Shown here: in pieces, positions 33,736 through 46,782 of the stretch | Layout: every line of letters starts with the position of its first letter | Position numbering within the stretch: the first letter of the stretch is position 1 | DNA from: Amphiscolops sp. MND2022 | Taxonomy: Eukaryota | NCBI GenBank assembly: GCA_964187785.1 | Contig: CAXLNC010001878.1 | Location: 1-50,000, forward strand | Direction: 5' to 3' | DNA length: 50,000 nt | Notes under the pieces: model-generated | What the model saw: the letters and a program-made list of their open reading frames with translations, nothing else | Told to the model about the DNA's origin: nothing | The model's database searches: none | Translations under genes and position numbers: made by a program

Positions 33736-36700
33736 TCATCTGTTCTTCGAACTGGTACACGGTTCTGAGCTTTTCCCTTTTCGGGTTTGCCTTTTGCTCC
33801 TCAGCAACTCATCATCTTTTACTGACACCAAACTGACGTTTCTAAGATGAGCCAGGAACACAAGGCGACTTGACGAAGCACACGAACCAGCAAACAAACT
33901 GGCGCCACTCACACCAGACGGTGAATCTGACGCATTAACAACGTCCACCTGTTTATACCTTGTCTATCAGCGCTACACACGAACTGATGTGAATTTTTTT
34001 CTTGTGAGCAAAAAACAACGAGATTGCTTCTGCATAACGTACGTTCCACGAACGCTTTCCGATCGCAAAAGTCGAACTGGCCAAGAAACTTTGACACCAA
34101 ACTAAAAGCGTCTCGTACTGTTTCCATGGTACTCCTGGTAAAGAACCCACCCTGTTGGTAACAAGGACTCATCACAAAACTTTGCACGCCTTTGAAGCAC
34201 GAAGAAACTACTACAGCTGGCAAGGCGCAATCACCCAGAGCAAAATCAACCACATGATGACAACGTGCAAGAGCAAATGTTTACGTGCGCAGCAAATGTT
34301 TACGTGATAAGAAACTTTTATCATCAAGCAGATGGGCAACAATATCAGAAATCTCCTCGGCACTCCTCCCACTAGCTGCATGTCTCGCCCGCGCATCTAC
34401 AACGTGAGTTTTAAAGTCTTCAGCACTAGCTTTCCACTAGTGCTCGTCAACTCTGCCACTCCTCTTCAGCACGACCAACATTTTATTAAACAAACGGAAA
34501 ACATGCTGGTTGACTCCTTTGAGCAAGATCTCACGGCAGAATGAATATAGGCCTTGCATAACATCAGATCATAACATCAGAGACCAAACTCAACAACAGG
34601 ATAATGTCAACAAGTCGATCCAGAAATTGCGAACCTCTGGTCCTGCCTCGCTGAAGTTCCTCACCAAAATCACAGGCCAAATTGAAACCCTCATTGTCGA
34701 TCTTCTCTATACCAGAAAGTTCATTAATATCCATATAACTGTCCTAGTCGTTAATTTCGGGCAAAGACTATACTTTCGAGTCACGGACAAAAGGCAATAA
34801 ACGAAGGCGCACAATTCGGAATAGCCGTGGAAACAATAATCATCACGACCACCCAACTGCTTCTTGAAAGTACAGCAATCTAAAGCATACAAGACACGTT
34901 CCCATTCACTACCAAGTACGGAGCCCAAGCCCCCCATAAACAGAAAACGATAATACTAACAGAGATTTAGTACATGCGGCAACAATCCCATGCGCAAGCT
35001 GTTCGTACCCTCGGAAAAAAATCAAAGTGTCTGTTCCCCGCATCTAAAACACAAGTCGAAAAATCACTCCAAGTACCAAATGTTAGAGTCCATTCCCTGA
35101 AAACCAGATGAACGAGTGAACACGACGAATGGAATTTGAGGAAAAAACAACAGCACATTACCTTATCAAATGAAGACTTGATATGTCGTGGCCCAGTGTA
35201 GCGCACATACTCCCGAACATTCTCCCACACAGAACGCAAATCCCGAATGACAGCGCGCAAATAGGGAAAAGTGACCGGCCCGCGATGTCACAGCGCCCTA
35301 GTTTAAGGAGGTCTTCCTTCCAGGGCTCCTGCAGTGCCGGTCTTAAGCTCGTCACTTCCAACATGCCAAAAACATCTTGATGAGCCTGAAGATAACACTG
35401 CAGGAACACCTCACTAGTGAATTCTCGGCAATAAACAAACAGACGCCCTTCAGTCCGACCGTCGCTGAGAACACGCCGAAAGGACTGGGGGACACCACGA
35501 GTACTCAAGAGCATCTGACCAGTGTCACAGCTACAAACCGTTCGAGACAATTCTGACAGTTCGGCCTTGGGCACCCGTTGGACCCAAGGCCTCAACATTG
35601 ATGCAAACGTTCAACAAGGAATTCTCGTCCCATGTCCGGACAATGCACGGCTGCTAGTCAGCATCTTCTTCAAACGTCACCTGAGGAAAAAGTATTCCTT
35701 GAAGACTGACACGCGCGACAACATCCTCCTCAGTACTCGAGGAACTAGTGCGCGACACACCAATGTCTAGAACTTCACAAAACCCCAATAGATGGAAAAC
35801 ATACAAGTGGCGCCATCCAGAATTACCAGCCGACTTAATCCGACTACACTTTCAGGGGAAAGAAACATGTTTTGGAAGAAACCGAAAGAAATTAAGAAGA
35901 GCTCAATTTACACAAACTCACCAATGACTCAGTCCGGTTACAATTCAAAGAAAACAGAGGATTGTCTCGCCCAAGTGTTGCCCGAAAGCAGCGCCGCAGA
36001 TTCCGCAGAAATGTATTATATCCGCCGGCCCGCAACAGCTCAGTAAGGCAATTTACCATCGTCAAGAATGGTATGGTCGAGTCTACACGAGTGGAAGATG
36101 ATAGCAGATCTTCCGGGACACTGAACCTTTCTGATTTGTCCTTAAACGGCCAGGAAAGCAAATCGTTCCTCTGCGACTCTGACAGCTCAATGGGATCCAT
36201 CAACTTATTGAAAGTGGGCATCCCCCGATGTACACGGTAGGTGACGTCGGCTTGCCAATGACGATCACCAGAGAAGTGACGAGTGAGTTCGCCAGTCCCT
36301 TCGTCTCCATCGTACACAACCATACTTTCAAACTACCCCAACCAGAAGAACAACTCCATAACGATATAACAACAGACCAAACACAATGGAGGTCAAACGA
36401 ACTACAGCGCAATACTACTAACGATACACAAAATGCTCAACAGCACGACTCCCTAGCTCTGTCGCAACAAGCACGCTAATCTGCAACGAGGTACTCTGGA
36501 CAATCTGGTTCCCACTGTCTTGACTGTCTACAAAGAACCAATAGTGAGTTCCCAGGAAAACAAACATTACAAAATACAGATCAGGAAAACAAGTGATTAC
36601 TCTCAGTCCGAGACTCACGACACTGAACAACAGTCGACAACCGCACAGAACGACGACGTTCTTTCGACGACGAACTCCCATGACCAGCACCAGTGTCAGG

Positions 36701-37304
36701 AGGTGTCCCTGCAACATCACACAACAAGTAGATGAATCACTCCCTAGCAGAATAAAAACAAAAGGCACATCACCCAACATACATCTCATCTGAATCCGCC
36801 ACAGGCCTCGAATTTCCTCCAATAACTATTTAACTATTTGCGACAACCCAGTCAAATACCGGGAGAAACACGGAGATGTAGTCCCAGCGACAGGAGTTGA
36901 ACTTTCTGTCAGCTGTGGCGTTTCTTTCAAGGGCGGGAAACTACTTCACCTTCGCGAGGTGGTGTGACCGCGGCCACACCAAGCTCTACACCTTGACAAA
37001 AAGGAACCGCAGGAAAAGTAGCACCAATGGCATCGTTGGAAGCGTGTGCTGGTAGCACAGAAGTGGAGCAACTCGGACCGGTCACTGAAACACATTCCCA
37101 AATCGACGCGTCAGAAAATCTAAGCTGTGAAAATACAATGTGAAATGGCCTATCTGCATAAAGTATTATCCACAAAAGCTTATTGGATCGGGGAAAGCTG
37201 AACATACCAACTGCCGGTCGAGCAAACGAAACATTGGCGTCACTCTGACGAACATCAGTCTGCGAAAAATCACCGAGATCAGCGAGACCACGAGAAGTGG
37301 ACAT
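33736..37304 (-). pseudogene. Decayed homolog of the Gypsy-A antisense spliced BED/hAT-like gene
   Basis: MVNCLTELLRAGGYNTFLRNLRRCFRATL vs LVGCLFELLRSGGSQMFLRRLWSQFRTTL; RHFSGDRHW..YRV vs RHFKCKGHF..YRI; SCFKGVQSFVMSP vs SGLRSVQSFVLHP. Splice-like GT..AG segments at 37207-37125 and 36618-36528. Confidence 0.85.
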
Positions 37305-37439
37305 TTTGAAAAGCAGTGAATCTGAAGGTACATTGTGCCTGAAAAAACTGACGTGAGCAAAACGCCGAGAAACAAGGTTAGGCGGAATAAATCAATCCCA
37401 CAACCATAAAATGGAAGTAAGCAAAAGGCTAAACAAACA

Positions 37440-37566
37440 TGACGTCATCAAAACGGTGACAAACTAATCGATGTTGGCTATTCATCAAAGTTGACGTCAT
37501 CAAAACGATGACAAACAAAAGTTGGCTAAACACTAACGAAATTGACGCCAGCAAAACGTTGGCAAC
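37440..37566 (+). repeat. Three ~51-bp-spaced copies of TGACGTCATCAAAACG(G/A)TGACAAAC (CRE-containing) in the divergent intergenic region
   Basis: Copies at 37440, 37492 and a degenerate one at ~37543; TGACGTCA is the palindromic CRE consensus. Confidence 0.7.
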
Positions 37567-37797
37567 ATTGGTCATGCGGATAATTTAATTCGTGGCCAAT
37601 AAAAGTGCAACGTTGGCAAAACGTCAACACCTGTTTGGGGTTAAAAGGGCTTTAAAAGACTGTTAACCAATCAAAGTAAAGGGATTTTTCCCAATAACTC
37701 AGTTAATTCAAAATATTCCTAATTTCGTTGTCAAGGCGATCAACAGCAGAAATCAGCAGCTCAACAATTCACAACCATCACATATAGCACAATAAAG

Positions 37798-38627
37798 ATG
37801 AGCATCTACCAAGGAACGTATGAACTGGTCGACATCTCCCGAATGATGAAGATGGCATTCTTGAAGGAGCGTTCACCCCTCGCCCGAGATATGAAATTCC
37901 CTCACTCCGAGTATACTTCAATTTGTCATTGGAATCTCTCGAATAAGCCTTTAAGCGAAGGAAGTTAAGCCAAAGCTATGAATCCATTGGACCAAGGGAA
38001 CTCTATGTAGCGGAAGAAACGTAGGAAGAACTACCGAAGAAGTATCTGCGGATAGCCCTGAAAACCCTGATGAAAGCCTCTGAATTCAGAAATATTCGTA
38101 GTGGAAGAACACGCAGCACCCGAAGAATAAGTGTCGAGCAGCCAAGTACCACAAAATTTGGAACAAGTGGCTAAGGAGGACTCAAACCCTACTTCGTCAC
38201 TCCCTCAGGCCCCTTAAAGAAAGTATACTTACAAAATCCATGTCCCCTATACGATCTGGAAAAAAATAGTGCTATCGAAAATACAAATGTCAGCGTGAAC
38301 GTGCCCCAATACTCGTTCCAACTTTGCCAATCCGGGAAAACTGTTCGACCCATGACAGTGGGTCTGTCACAGCCCGCTCCCGGACTGGCTTGTGGGTGCA
38401 GGCGAACAGATATCGGAAGAGGACATGGTTGTGTCTCGAGGTTCCAAGATGGTACTTCAACTGCTATAATCAAACTTTACTTGAAATTAACTGTGACTAA
38501 AGATGTACACGTCTATTTTGCACAAACCTTGATTAAAAATGAAAACTACAATACTAAAATAGACTTTCCCGCTAAGACGTTTTCGCCACGTCGAAATGAA
38601 AACGTTTTCCAGTTGACAACTAAATAA
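37798..38627 (+). pseudogene. Gypsy-B 3' accessory ORF remnant running into the 3' LTR
   Basis: ATG at 37798 (MSIYQGTYEL...). ORF 38295-38627 crosses the LTR start as TVG-LSQP, the same register as Gypsy-A (SRG-LSQP). Confidence 0.4.
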
Positions 38628-40476
38628 AAATGCGGCAAGAAATGGAAGTCATAGGCTAATCTAAACGAAAGTCTGATACGAAATCGTCTCCAAGTAAGAA
38701 CATCAACCAAAATTAAAATAGAAATTACATTGAGATGGCACACTAAGGGAATTACGTCTCTCTGAGAAAAGGCAATTTAATTGCTCTTCGAATGGCATTT
38801 AATGCAGACTAGGACGACACTTCGACGCTACGTAAACAAATATGGCCGCGGCGGCTGGTATTACTATATTAGTGACGTCATCGATACGTCAGCAACTAGG
38901 CAAATAGATCAAAGTGTTCCAAATTACTCGTCGGTATTACGTCACTAACTTGGCAGCTAGCTAGAGTTTCACAGCAATTACTCATCAGCATCTCGTCAAA
39001 CTTGGCAGTTTGCCAAGTTAGCTAAGAAAACTTGTCAATGCTACGTCGCAAATTGATCAAAATAGGTGTTCTTGTCCATTCCATAATAGTAAATTGAATG
39101 CAGCTTTGACGAAAAATATCAGGGAAATACCGCCTTGGATTCACGTCTAAATTTAACTAGTATATAATGGGAGCTCATAAAACACACTTACTCTTAGCCA
39201 AACGAAACTGTTGACGATTTAAATGCGAAGCTTGGGACTTAATAAATATTGACCTAAAGGAAAAGTTCCGGCATTCACTAAAAGTCACAGTTTATGTATA
39301 CGAGGAATTAAAGTAACAGCTTCCTTTGATACTGGAAGATTTTGTTAATGTGATTTTTCTATTTTATTAAAACAGCCATTTTGTAGACATTTTTGCTACC
39401 AGGTTGTTTATGTCATGTCGACAACTAGTTGAACTTAAGATCGGACTAAATTTTGTGGAAGTTACCCAAATATATCTTTAAAACAAATAAATGTTGATGT
39501 ATCGTCAAATATTCTTTGATTAAAGTGTTAGTAGGTGTGAGTAATGACTTAAACTATATATTTGAGCGCGTGCATTGATTAATCAGCCTTTCTAAACTCC
39601 TAGCATCTCTAAACATTAGTCATCATTTTCCTTCAAACTAAAATTCAAAATCAGGTAATAATTGTTCACGTCAGCGTCATCCCAGCGTCAATTTCAGTAA
39701 AACAGGGAAATATTTCCGGTTTGATGGACTGAAGTAAAATCTACTTACTGTTTGGGAGGAACCAAAAAGACGCCAGAATGAAACGATATGATCATGTTTG
39801 ATAACTAGTACCGGATCAGAGTTTTCGTGTCCTAAACTTTGACGAAATGTTGACGCAAATTGAGGATCATGGTAATTTTTTCACTGAACATACAGTAAAT
39901 GACTAATTGTTCACAGAAATTTTAGGATTCATTCGGGGTCAAATGATCCTAGCAGGGTATTAATACGGTGTATCTCGGAAACTGAGGGACTCAGTCTTTT
40001 ATTTTGATAAAGTGCAGTTGATCTGTATTTCCCGCTCTATAACTTTGTCTCATCTCAGATACGCATTTAATCAAAAGTTAATTGGAGTATACAAAACCGG
40101 ATCTCTTCCATCAAGATGTCAACAACAAGAAGTCAGGAAAGGAGAAACAATCTTCAGGAAAGCACCGAGAACGTAAGTTAAGGTTTAATCTCCCCCAAAA
40201 ATCGAAATTTCTAGATCAACATGCATCAGCCACGGGGCCTTCTAGTGCTTCATCCCCCACGATTGAAAATCTTGTCTTAGAAAGTATGCGAGCTTCTTTG
40301 AGAGAGGAAATTACTTTTGAGACCAAAACCTTCCGATAAAATTGCAAAAAGCGACGCTGAAGCTGTTAAAACCTAAAACTGAGAATGTAAGAGAAGATGA
40401 AAACGACCTAGAAAATGAAACCAGTTGTTTTTATAATCCTAAAAAATCAGTAAGGATAAACTCATCAAAGTCGTAT
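38365..40476 (+). repeat. Gypsy-B 3' LTR (~2.1 kb) containing the gag N-terminal coding segment
   Basis: Starts TGTCACAGCCCG and ends AAGTCGTAT (terminal bases eroded) before TSD CATGT. ORFs 40082-40339 and 40342-40557 are gag-start fragments. Confidence 0.9.
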
Positions 40477-42300
40477 CATGTTGATGTAAAAATTGGGGTA
40501 AGATTGAAGAGTTTATCATGTAGCCCGATACGAAGTGTATTATCTGGATTGTTGTGAGATTTATGTGCATCAGAATAATCTGAGGTATCAGCAGAAATGC
40601 ATGAACTAAGAGCTTTTCCAAGTGAATGATGTGTAGTATCTGAATGTTGTTTGAAAAAGGTTATCTTCCAGAATTGGTCAATTTCTGGATTAGAGTATAA
40701 ACTAGCATCTTGAGCTGTAAATGTATTAGGATTTACTGTAGTTTTTATTTGAGAAGGAGTAAACATAAGAGGAAGTTTTCATTTCATAGGTTCTGGACAA
40801 AGAGTATAGAAGACTTGGGCATCGGAATCGGGATCCATTTCTATAATACTTCTAGGATTATTGTCACAGGGATTGGGAGAAGCATAATCATAAGTTTGTC
40901 TTGTATTAGGATCTACATACAAGAGTGTATCTTTGTAATGTATCGGTATTCTGTCAAAACAATGACCAGCTTTATATAAAGGTGGAAGGAAATGTGGACA
41001 GTCAAATAACCAAGCTGTGGAACCGTCATTATCAGGGATTACATATAGACCTTCGAGTTCCAATCAGAAGAAATCCGACAAGTTGAAGACTTTGGACAGA
41101 CATAGCAAGTATTGTTAGTAGTTGATTGTGTTTTAATTCACAGATGGTATGAAGAGTTTCAAGTTCCGGAACAGTCATGGAACGGAATACATGGTTTCTT
41201 GTTGAGACTATTTTAGTATTTATGTGTGCATCATATTCAATGGTAGCTAAGTTGTTTAATACGTTTAAAGCTGGGACAAAAAATTGTTTTCTTGAGTTGT
41301 CTAATACTATTCTTCCTGAGATATATTCGTTTCTTTTAGAATGAGGATTAGGTTGTCTTGTATGCATATTGAAACCTTTTTGGTATGTAACAAAATGATC
41401 TGAAGTTTGTGCAAAAAAGAGGTTCAGTTTGGCCACAAAATGTCTGGGTATGTCGAAAAAGTTCAAAACGTGAAAGACTAGTATTATGCTGATTTTGTGT
41501 GCATGGGTGGTGCGAGGATTTATGGAGAAGCAGTGCCTTTAATTCCTTTAATTCGGTAAAAGTCATTCTACCTATGAAGTCTATTAAGGTGAACAATTGA
41601 CAAAAATTGTCGCTAAACTATATAAGACTGAAAGGGGTTTTAGTTGTGGGTGTGTAGAAATTGTCTGCAAAGTAAAATGGTAGTGTATTTACAGTAAAGT
41701 TTTCTGTGTCATCAATTCTACTTCAGAGACGGAAAGACTCCAAAAGAGTAGCTTTAATTCAAAGTGGTGATTGCTTGGACAGTTATTAAGATGATTTTTT
41801 AGAGGATATAAAATCCAATTTTTTATATGCGTGGACGTAGACAAAAGAAGTAATATGGTTTGTATTAACTTTGTAAACCATAAAAGTGGTTTGAAATGGT
41901 TCAAATTTTTCTCGGAGGTAATGAACTTCTAGAAGTGAAAAATGCGGTTGTAATTGAAGTTGTTCAATATTTTATTGTTTGTACCGGTGAGATGTCGAAT
42001 AATGTTTTTTATTACATTCTAATGGGCCAAGAGCTATCGAAAAAGGTAATGTGTTATGATTCCAAACTGTTCTGTAAACACGTCTATAATAGACGGAGCC
42101 TTAAAATCAGATTTTTTGTTTTGTCTTCACATTTGAATGCTTTAACGCATTTGGCTTTAGCTCGAACAGAGACTCTAGCTTTGACTTTGACTCCTCGTAC
42201 GTTTGAACGAGCTTCAGAGCATTGTTTTACGTTTAGTAATATAAATTGTCTCCAAAAATGTTCATCATAATCACACTTTCACAATCGTAGTGGGAAACCA
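40477..42300 (-). pseudogene. env: Gypsy-C env, class III (herpes gB / chuvirus glycoprotein-like) fusion protein, fragmented
   Basis: ETLHTICELKHNQLLTILAMSVQ..; WLFDCPHFLPPLYKAGHCFDRIPIHYKDTLLYVDPNTRQTYDYASPNPCDNNP has the C..C(F/Y)..IPI......DP.TR......C spacing I recall for gB-like glycoproteins. Cys-rich N-terminal piece (CSE...KCVKAFKC). Confidence 0.72.
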
Positions 42301-42899
42301 TGAGACTGGAACTTTTAGGGTCTTCTGGAGGAAGATAATTGTGTGTATCTTAGGACGATGTAGTATATTAGAAGCCAGAGATTTGATTGTAAAAGATACT
42401 TTTGCCATATGTTAAGTCTAGGGGTATACCAAAAGTAGAATAAGAGAGTGGAACTTCTCAGAAGAATGTGTATGAGAGAAAAGTGGTTGAGCATGTTGTT
42501 TTCGAAGAGAAGACAAGCAGCTGAATTACTTGAAAGAGCAGAAAACTTAGAGTTAGCGTGTCAGTTCTTTGTCTTCGATTAGTGAGATGGCTACAATTAT
42601 AAATATTTTGAGGAATGAAAAATGTACTATTCGAGTCTTGTGATGGTTTGTATTCTTGTATAGAACCGTCTATTGGGTTTGATAGCGATGAAAAAAGTTT
42701 TTAAGGGGTTTTAGGAAGATATCGTAGACGATCCTAATTCAGAAGGTAGAGGAGGATATGTTGATTAAGGTTTTTGTACAATTTCTAGTACTAAGTTTTT
42801 GTGGTTTATAAATAAAAAAATGGCAACTGGAATCTGGATGTGGTATGTTAATATGAGGAGCATGGATGGGAGAAGCGTGTGATTAACCAGGAGGATTGA

Positions 42900-45800
42900 T
42901 TTGTATTTCACCCATAGGGGGTCGTTCAGCAGTGACAAGTGTATGTGAAAACATGGTACTAGAAGTGATTGAAGTTTTTTTTAGAAGGCTCGTCAAATAT
43001 GTGTGAAGTTGGTCTTGTTGGTGGTGCAGTTTCATTGCGTGGTTGGGTTGGTATTACAGTTTGAGCAGTTGAAGTGGACAAGCTTGAAGCAGATGGAGAG
43101 GTATCCGAAGAAGAATACAGGTTGTCAAAGTCTTATAAGTTTTTGTTTCTTATATGTTGTATCTTGACTTTTTCTTATACGTTTTTGTACCCCATGTTGT
43201 GTATCTTGTTTCTTCTAGGTAATACACCTTTGCAGCTGAGAAAAATGTGAACGATCATTGTTCGAAAACTTTAGATCGTGAAATGAAAAGTTGATAATTC
43301 TTCTGTGGTTGTTGTCTCAATTGGTAATGGGTTTTGAGTTGTCTATGATTTGACCTATTAGTATGAGAAGGAACTGAGGCATTGTCAGTAAAGTGACGAG
43401 TACGAATAAAGAGAGGATTACTGTCATGGATTTCTATAATAGTCTTTTTTGGTTAATTGTCATTCAGGAATGTATCTGGATTAGTTGCATTATCTGGATT
43501 AGTTGCACTAGTGGTTGTTTAGGGTACTTTAGTTGGAGGAAGAATCACTTTTAGCGTATCTAAAAGTTTTTGGGATGTGGGAATTGATAGAATCTGAAAA
43601 AGGAGTTACGTTACGAAGATTAGGATATAGAAGTGGTTCTTTTAGATAATATGGTTTTGATGATTTCAGTGTTTATGAAATGAAATCGCGTGATACAAAT
43701 TCATACGTAACATAGGATATTCGAACGAGTATTTTATAGGGACCAATTCGAAGAGGTTTAATTTTGTCAGAAATTAGTGAAGCTACGTTTTAAATCAAAT
43801 GTACCAAGTCGGAGAGGTTTACCTTCGTGATATGTTTTGTAATGTATGCTTCTGAATTCAACTTCTATAAGGTGTAATCATGCACAATAGAATAAATTTG
43901 TAACATTGCGGTTTCAACGGCAAGGACCTTTGTGGAAAAGGTTTGGAAAGTTGAGGACAATATTTTGAAATACAAGTGTTGTTTTCATTACGAATAAGGT
44001 TCACATCGAAGGTCAAAGGAATACGAGGTATGAAAAACTATCTCTGTTGGTGAAATATTTAGCGCTGAAAGAGGTTATGAATAGTGTGCAAAAGCGTACA
44101 TATGAACTTGGTGAGCACAATCCTTGTGAGTGTTTTGTAAAAACAGATGATTATGTATTCCAACATTTTTGTTTTGAACTTCAACGGGTCCATTAGTCCA
44201 AGTGGTATAGGTGTTGTAGGAGAATGTCTAAAAAACTATGAGAGTGCAGAGGTGTGGCATGTCAGTGTTTATGTATTTTGATCCACGATCAGTGACAAGA
44301 AATATTGGAGGACCAAGTTTGACTATGTGATGTAAAACAAAGTTTACTGCTGTTTTGGCATTGTTAGATTTTTTAGGAACTGTAACAACAAAATGATTGA
44401 TAGCATCTGTCATAACATGGATGTAAGATTTGTTTTTAGTGGGTGGAGTGATAGGACCTTTGGTGTTCATCGATATACGATAGTTAAAAGAGGGTTCATG
44501 TTCTACAAAAGATTGGATAGCTGCATTATTTACGTCCTTATTGAAGTGTTTGCTGGTTTGGAATTGAAAACAATCATGGATGAAAATAGATAACTATTTT
44601 TCAAGAAATGGGATGTATTCTTTCTGTGGAAATGTGGTATAGGTAATTTCAGTTCCAGTGTGACTATAAGCATGAAGTTTGTTGAAAAGTGTTTTAAAGA
44701 GTTGAAAATGTTGACAAATTCTAATATTGCTTTGAAGGATTGTTCAAGTGGTAATAGGGTTGGTTTCAGAAATAAATTGTTTTAAATATAAACTGATAAG
44801 GTTGGAGCGTCGTAAATGAAAAGTTATGAAACGAACTTGTAATACGCATGTAAAAATTGAGAATCATGTATAGAAGATGTGGGAAGTTCATGGTCTAGCA
44901 TTGTGGCGTATCCAGTGATTGACAGTTTTCAAGAAAGGGTCTTGAGTTCGTTGTTGGTGTATTGTGTGTAAGTTGTAATGTGTGTAAACAAAGTGAATTT
45001 TGTATTTGAAGAAAAAAGTGGGGTCATTAAACAGTATGACTTGAGATTGTATGTGTGCAAAGTTTACCAGGTTCTGTCATATCAACTACAGAGGTAGAAG
45101 AAAAAGAGTCTGTGGATTTGTAATGATGAAGAATTTTTCTGTAGTTGTTAGAGTAGTGTTTTGGAGTGTGTCATTTTTTGATCAATTCTTTGAAATTATC
45201 AGGTTTGAGAATTCGGTGGTATATATGATCATCATCATCACTTGTAAGATCAGTGTCATTAAGGAGTAGAGATTGCTGGTGTAGAGACTTGTTTTATTCA
45301 TAGTGGTTTAACTTTGTTTTGAAAGTGTGTATTGATTTGAAAACAAAGGAGTCTAGGGGCTAGACAGTAGTGTCATTACCTTTATCACATAAGCTAACGC
45401 AAAATTGATCTGTTCATATTCAGCAAGATTAGAGTGAGAATCATGTTGTTCATGTTGCAGTACTTTTCCGTGTTGTGTGAACGAGTTTTTTAAATATCAT
45501 TTTGTAAAATAGCTAGGTCTATTTGTGGTGGAAGTTGTTTATGTTTGAACTGATTTATTTGAAGTTCTGTCTTTGTGAAAGAATGGCTGAGCGTATCTGC
45601 AAGAGACAGGCTTTTACCTAGAATATGAATAATTTTTATCTTGGAAAACTTGGTAAGTTGCATTTGAGCTCGGTAAAAGCGTGGAGTGAGCTTTTTTTGC
45701 GAAAAGGTGTAAAAGAGATTCGTGGTCTGTATATACGTGAATTGGATGTGGAGATCCAAAATGCGGAACTCATATATTTAAAGAGCATGTACTATACCGA

Positions 45801-46750
45801 AGTAATTCACGATCAAGTGTAGAGAGTTTCCGTTCTTGAGGATTGAGTATACGTGAGTTGGAAGAAATAACTTTCGTTCTGTTATCTTCATTCAATTGGA
45901 AGAGAACAGCTAAGTTCTTTAGGTAAATTGTTAAGTTTAACTTGTAATGGATAGGTACTTTAGAGGGACGTTGAGTAAGAAGTTGTGCATTTTATTTTAA
46001 ACGTAATCGAGAAGGAGTAGCAATTTTTCCAAGATCGTTTTTATGTGTAGCATAGCAGTTTGAAAGTGTTGCAACATGGCTGGTTGAGTTTTGAATGAAA
46101 GTTGAACAAGTGTCATGTCTATTGCCAGTGAAAACTTCAATAACGATGAAGGTTGTAAGAACTTTGGTAGAGAAAGAAGTATGTGGTTTTGTAGGAAAAA
46201 CTTATTACTAAAAGTTGTAGTGAAGTGAGGTTTATAGTAGTTTCTTCTTGGAAAATGAGCAAATTTTGAAGAGTTTGGGTTGAATAGAATTTATTTGTGT
46301 TCTAGAATTATTTCTGTACATGAGCAAGAAATATGAGTAGTCTTCTGTTAATAGATTGGTAAATTTAGTGAGATTTGATTGATCTTTATACTGATATTTG
46401 AATTGTAATTTGAAACCTTGAATATTAATGTTTTGTTAATATTCTTCGAAAAAGGGAATAACAAGGATGTTGAATTTATTGGCTGCAACAGCAAAGGGAA
46501 TGAATTGTCGAGAGGTATGTTCAATAGAAACATATAGAGTGATCGACACATAATGTGAAATATGAAATTCAGTTTGGTTAGCGACGTTTAGCATATTTGA
46601 CATTTGGTTTGTTTTGTCATTACAACTGTTAGGAAGTTTTGCAACTGTGCGATAAGTAAGGTAATTAAGTACAGAAAAAGAAGGACCACAATCTAATAAA
46701 AAAAATTTTCTAGTCTTGAAGGATCATCAATGTTATTGTGTCTTTCAGGG
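42900..46750 (-). pseudogene. pol: Gypsy-C pol remnant: PR, start of RT, RNase H, integrase; RT core deleted
   Basis: FLLDCGPSFSVLNY (PR); HKNDLGKIATP..QRPSKVPIHY joins directly to AVLFQLNE..STLDRELL (RH) near 45910; TKGPITPP, LVTDRGSKY (IN); KIKPLRIGPYKI. Confidence 0.85.
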
Positions 46751-46782
46751 TATGTAAATACAAAGAATAGAACCAACTTGTT

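Larger units (their letters stand above)
26489..40476 (+). mobile_element. Gypsy-B: older, degenerate relative of Gypsy-A inserted in Gypsy-C env
   Basis: LTRs 26489-28783 and 38365-40476; CATGT at 26484-26488 and 40477-40481; PBS; gag and pol remnants homologous to Gypsy-A. Confidence 0.92.
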
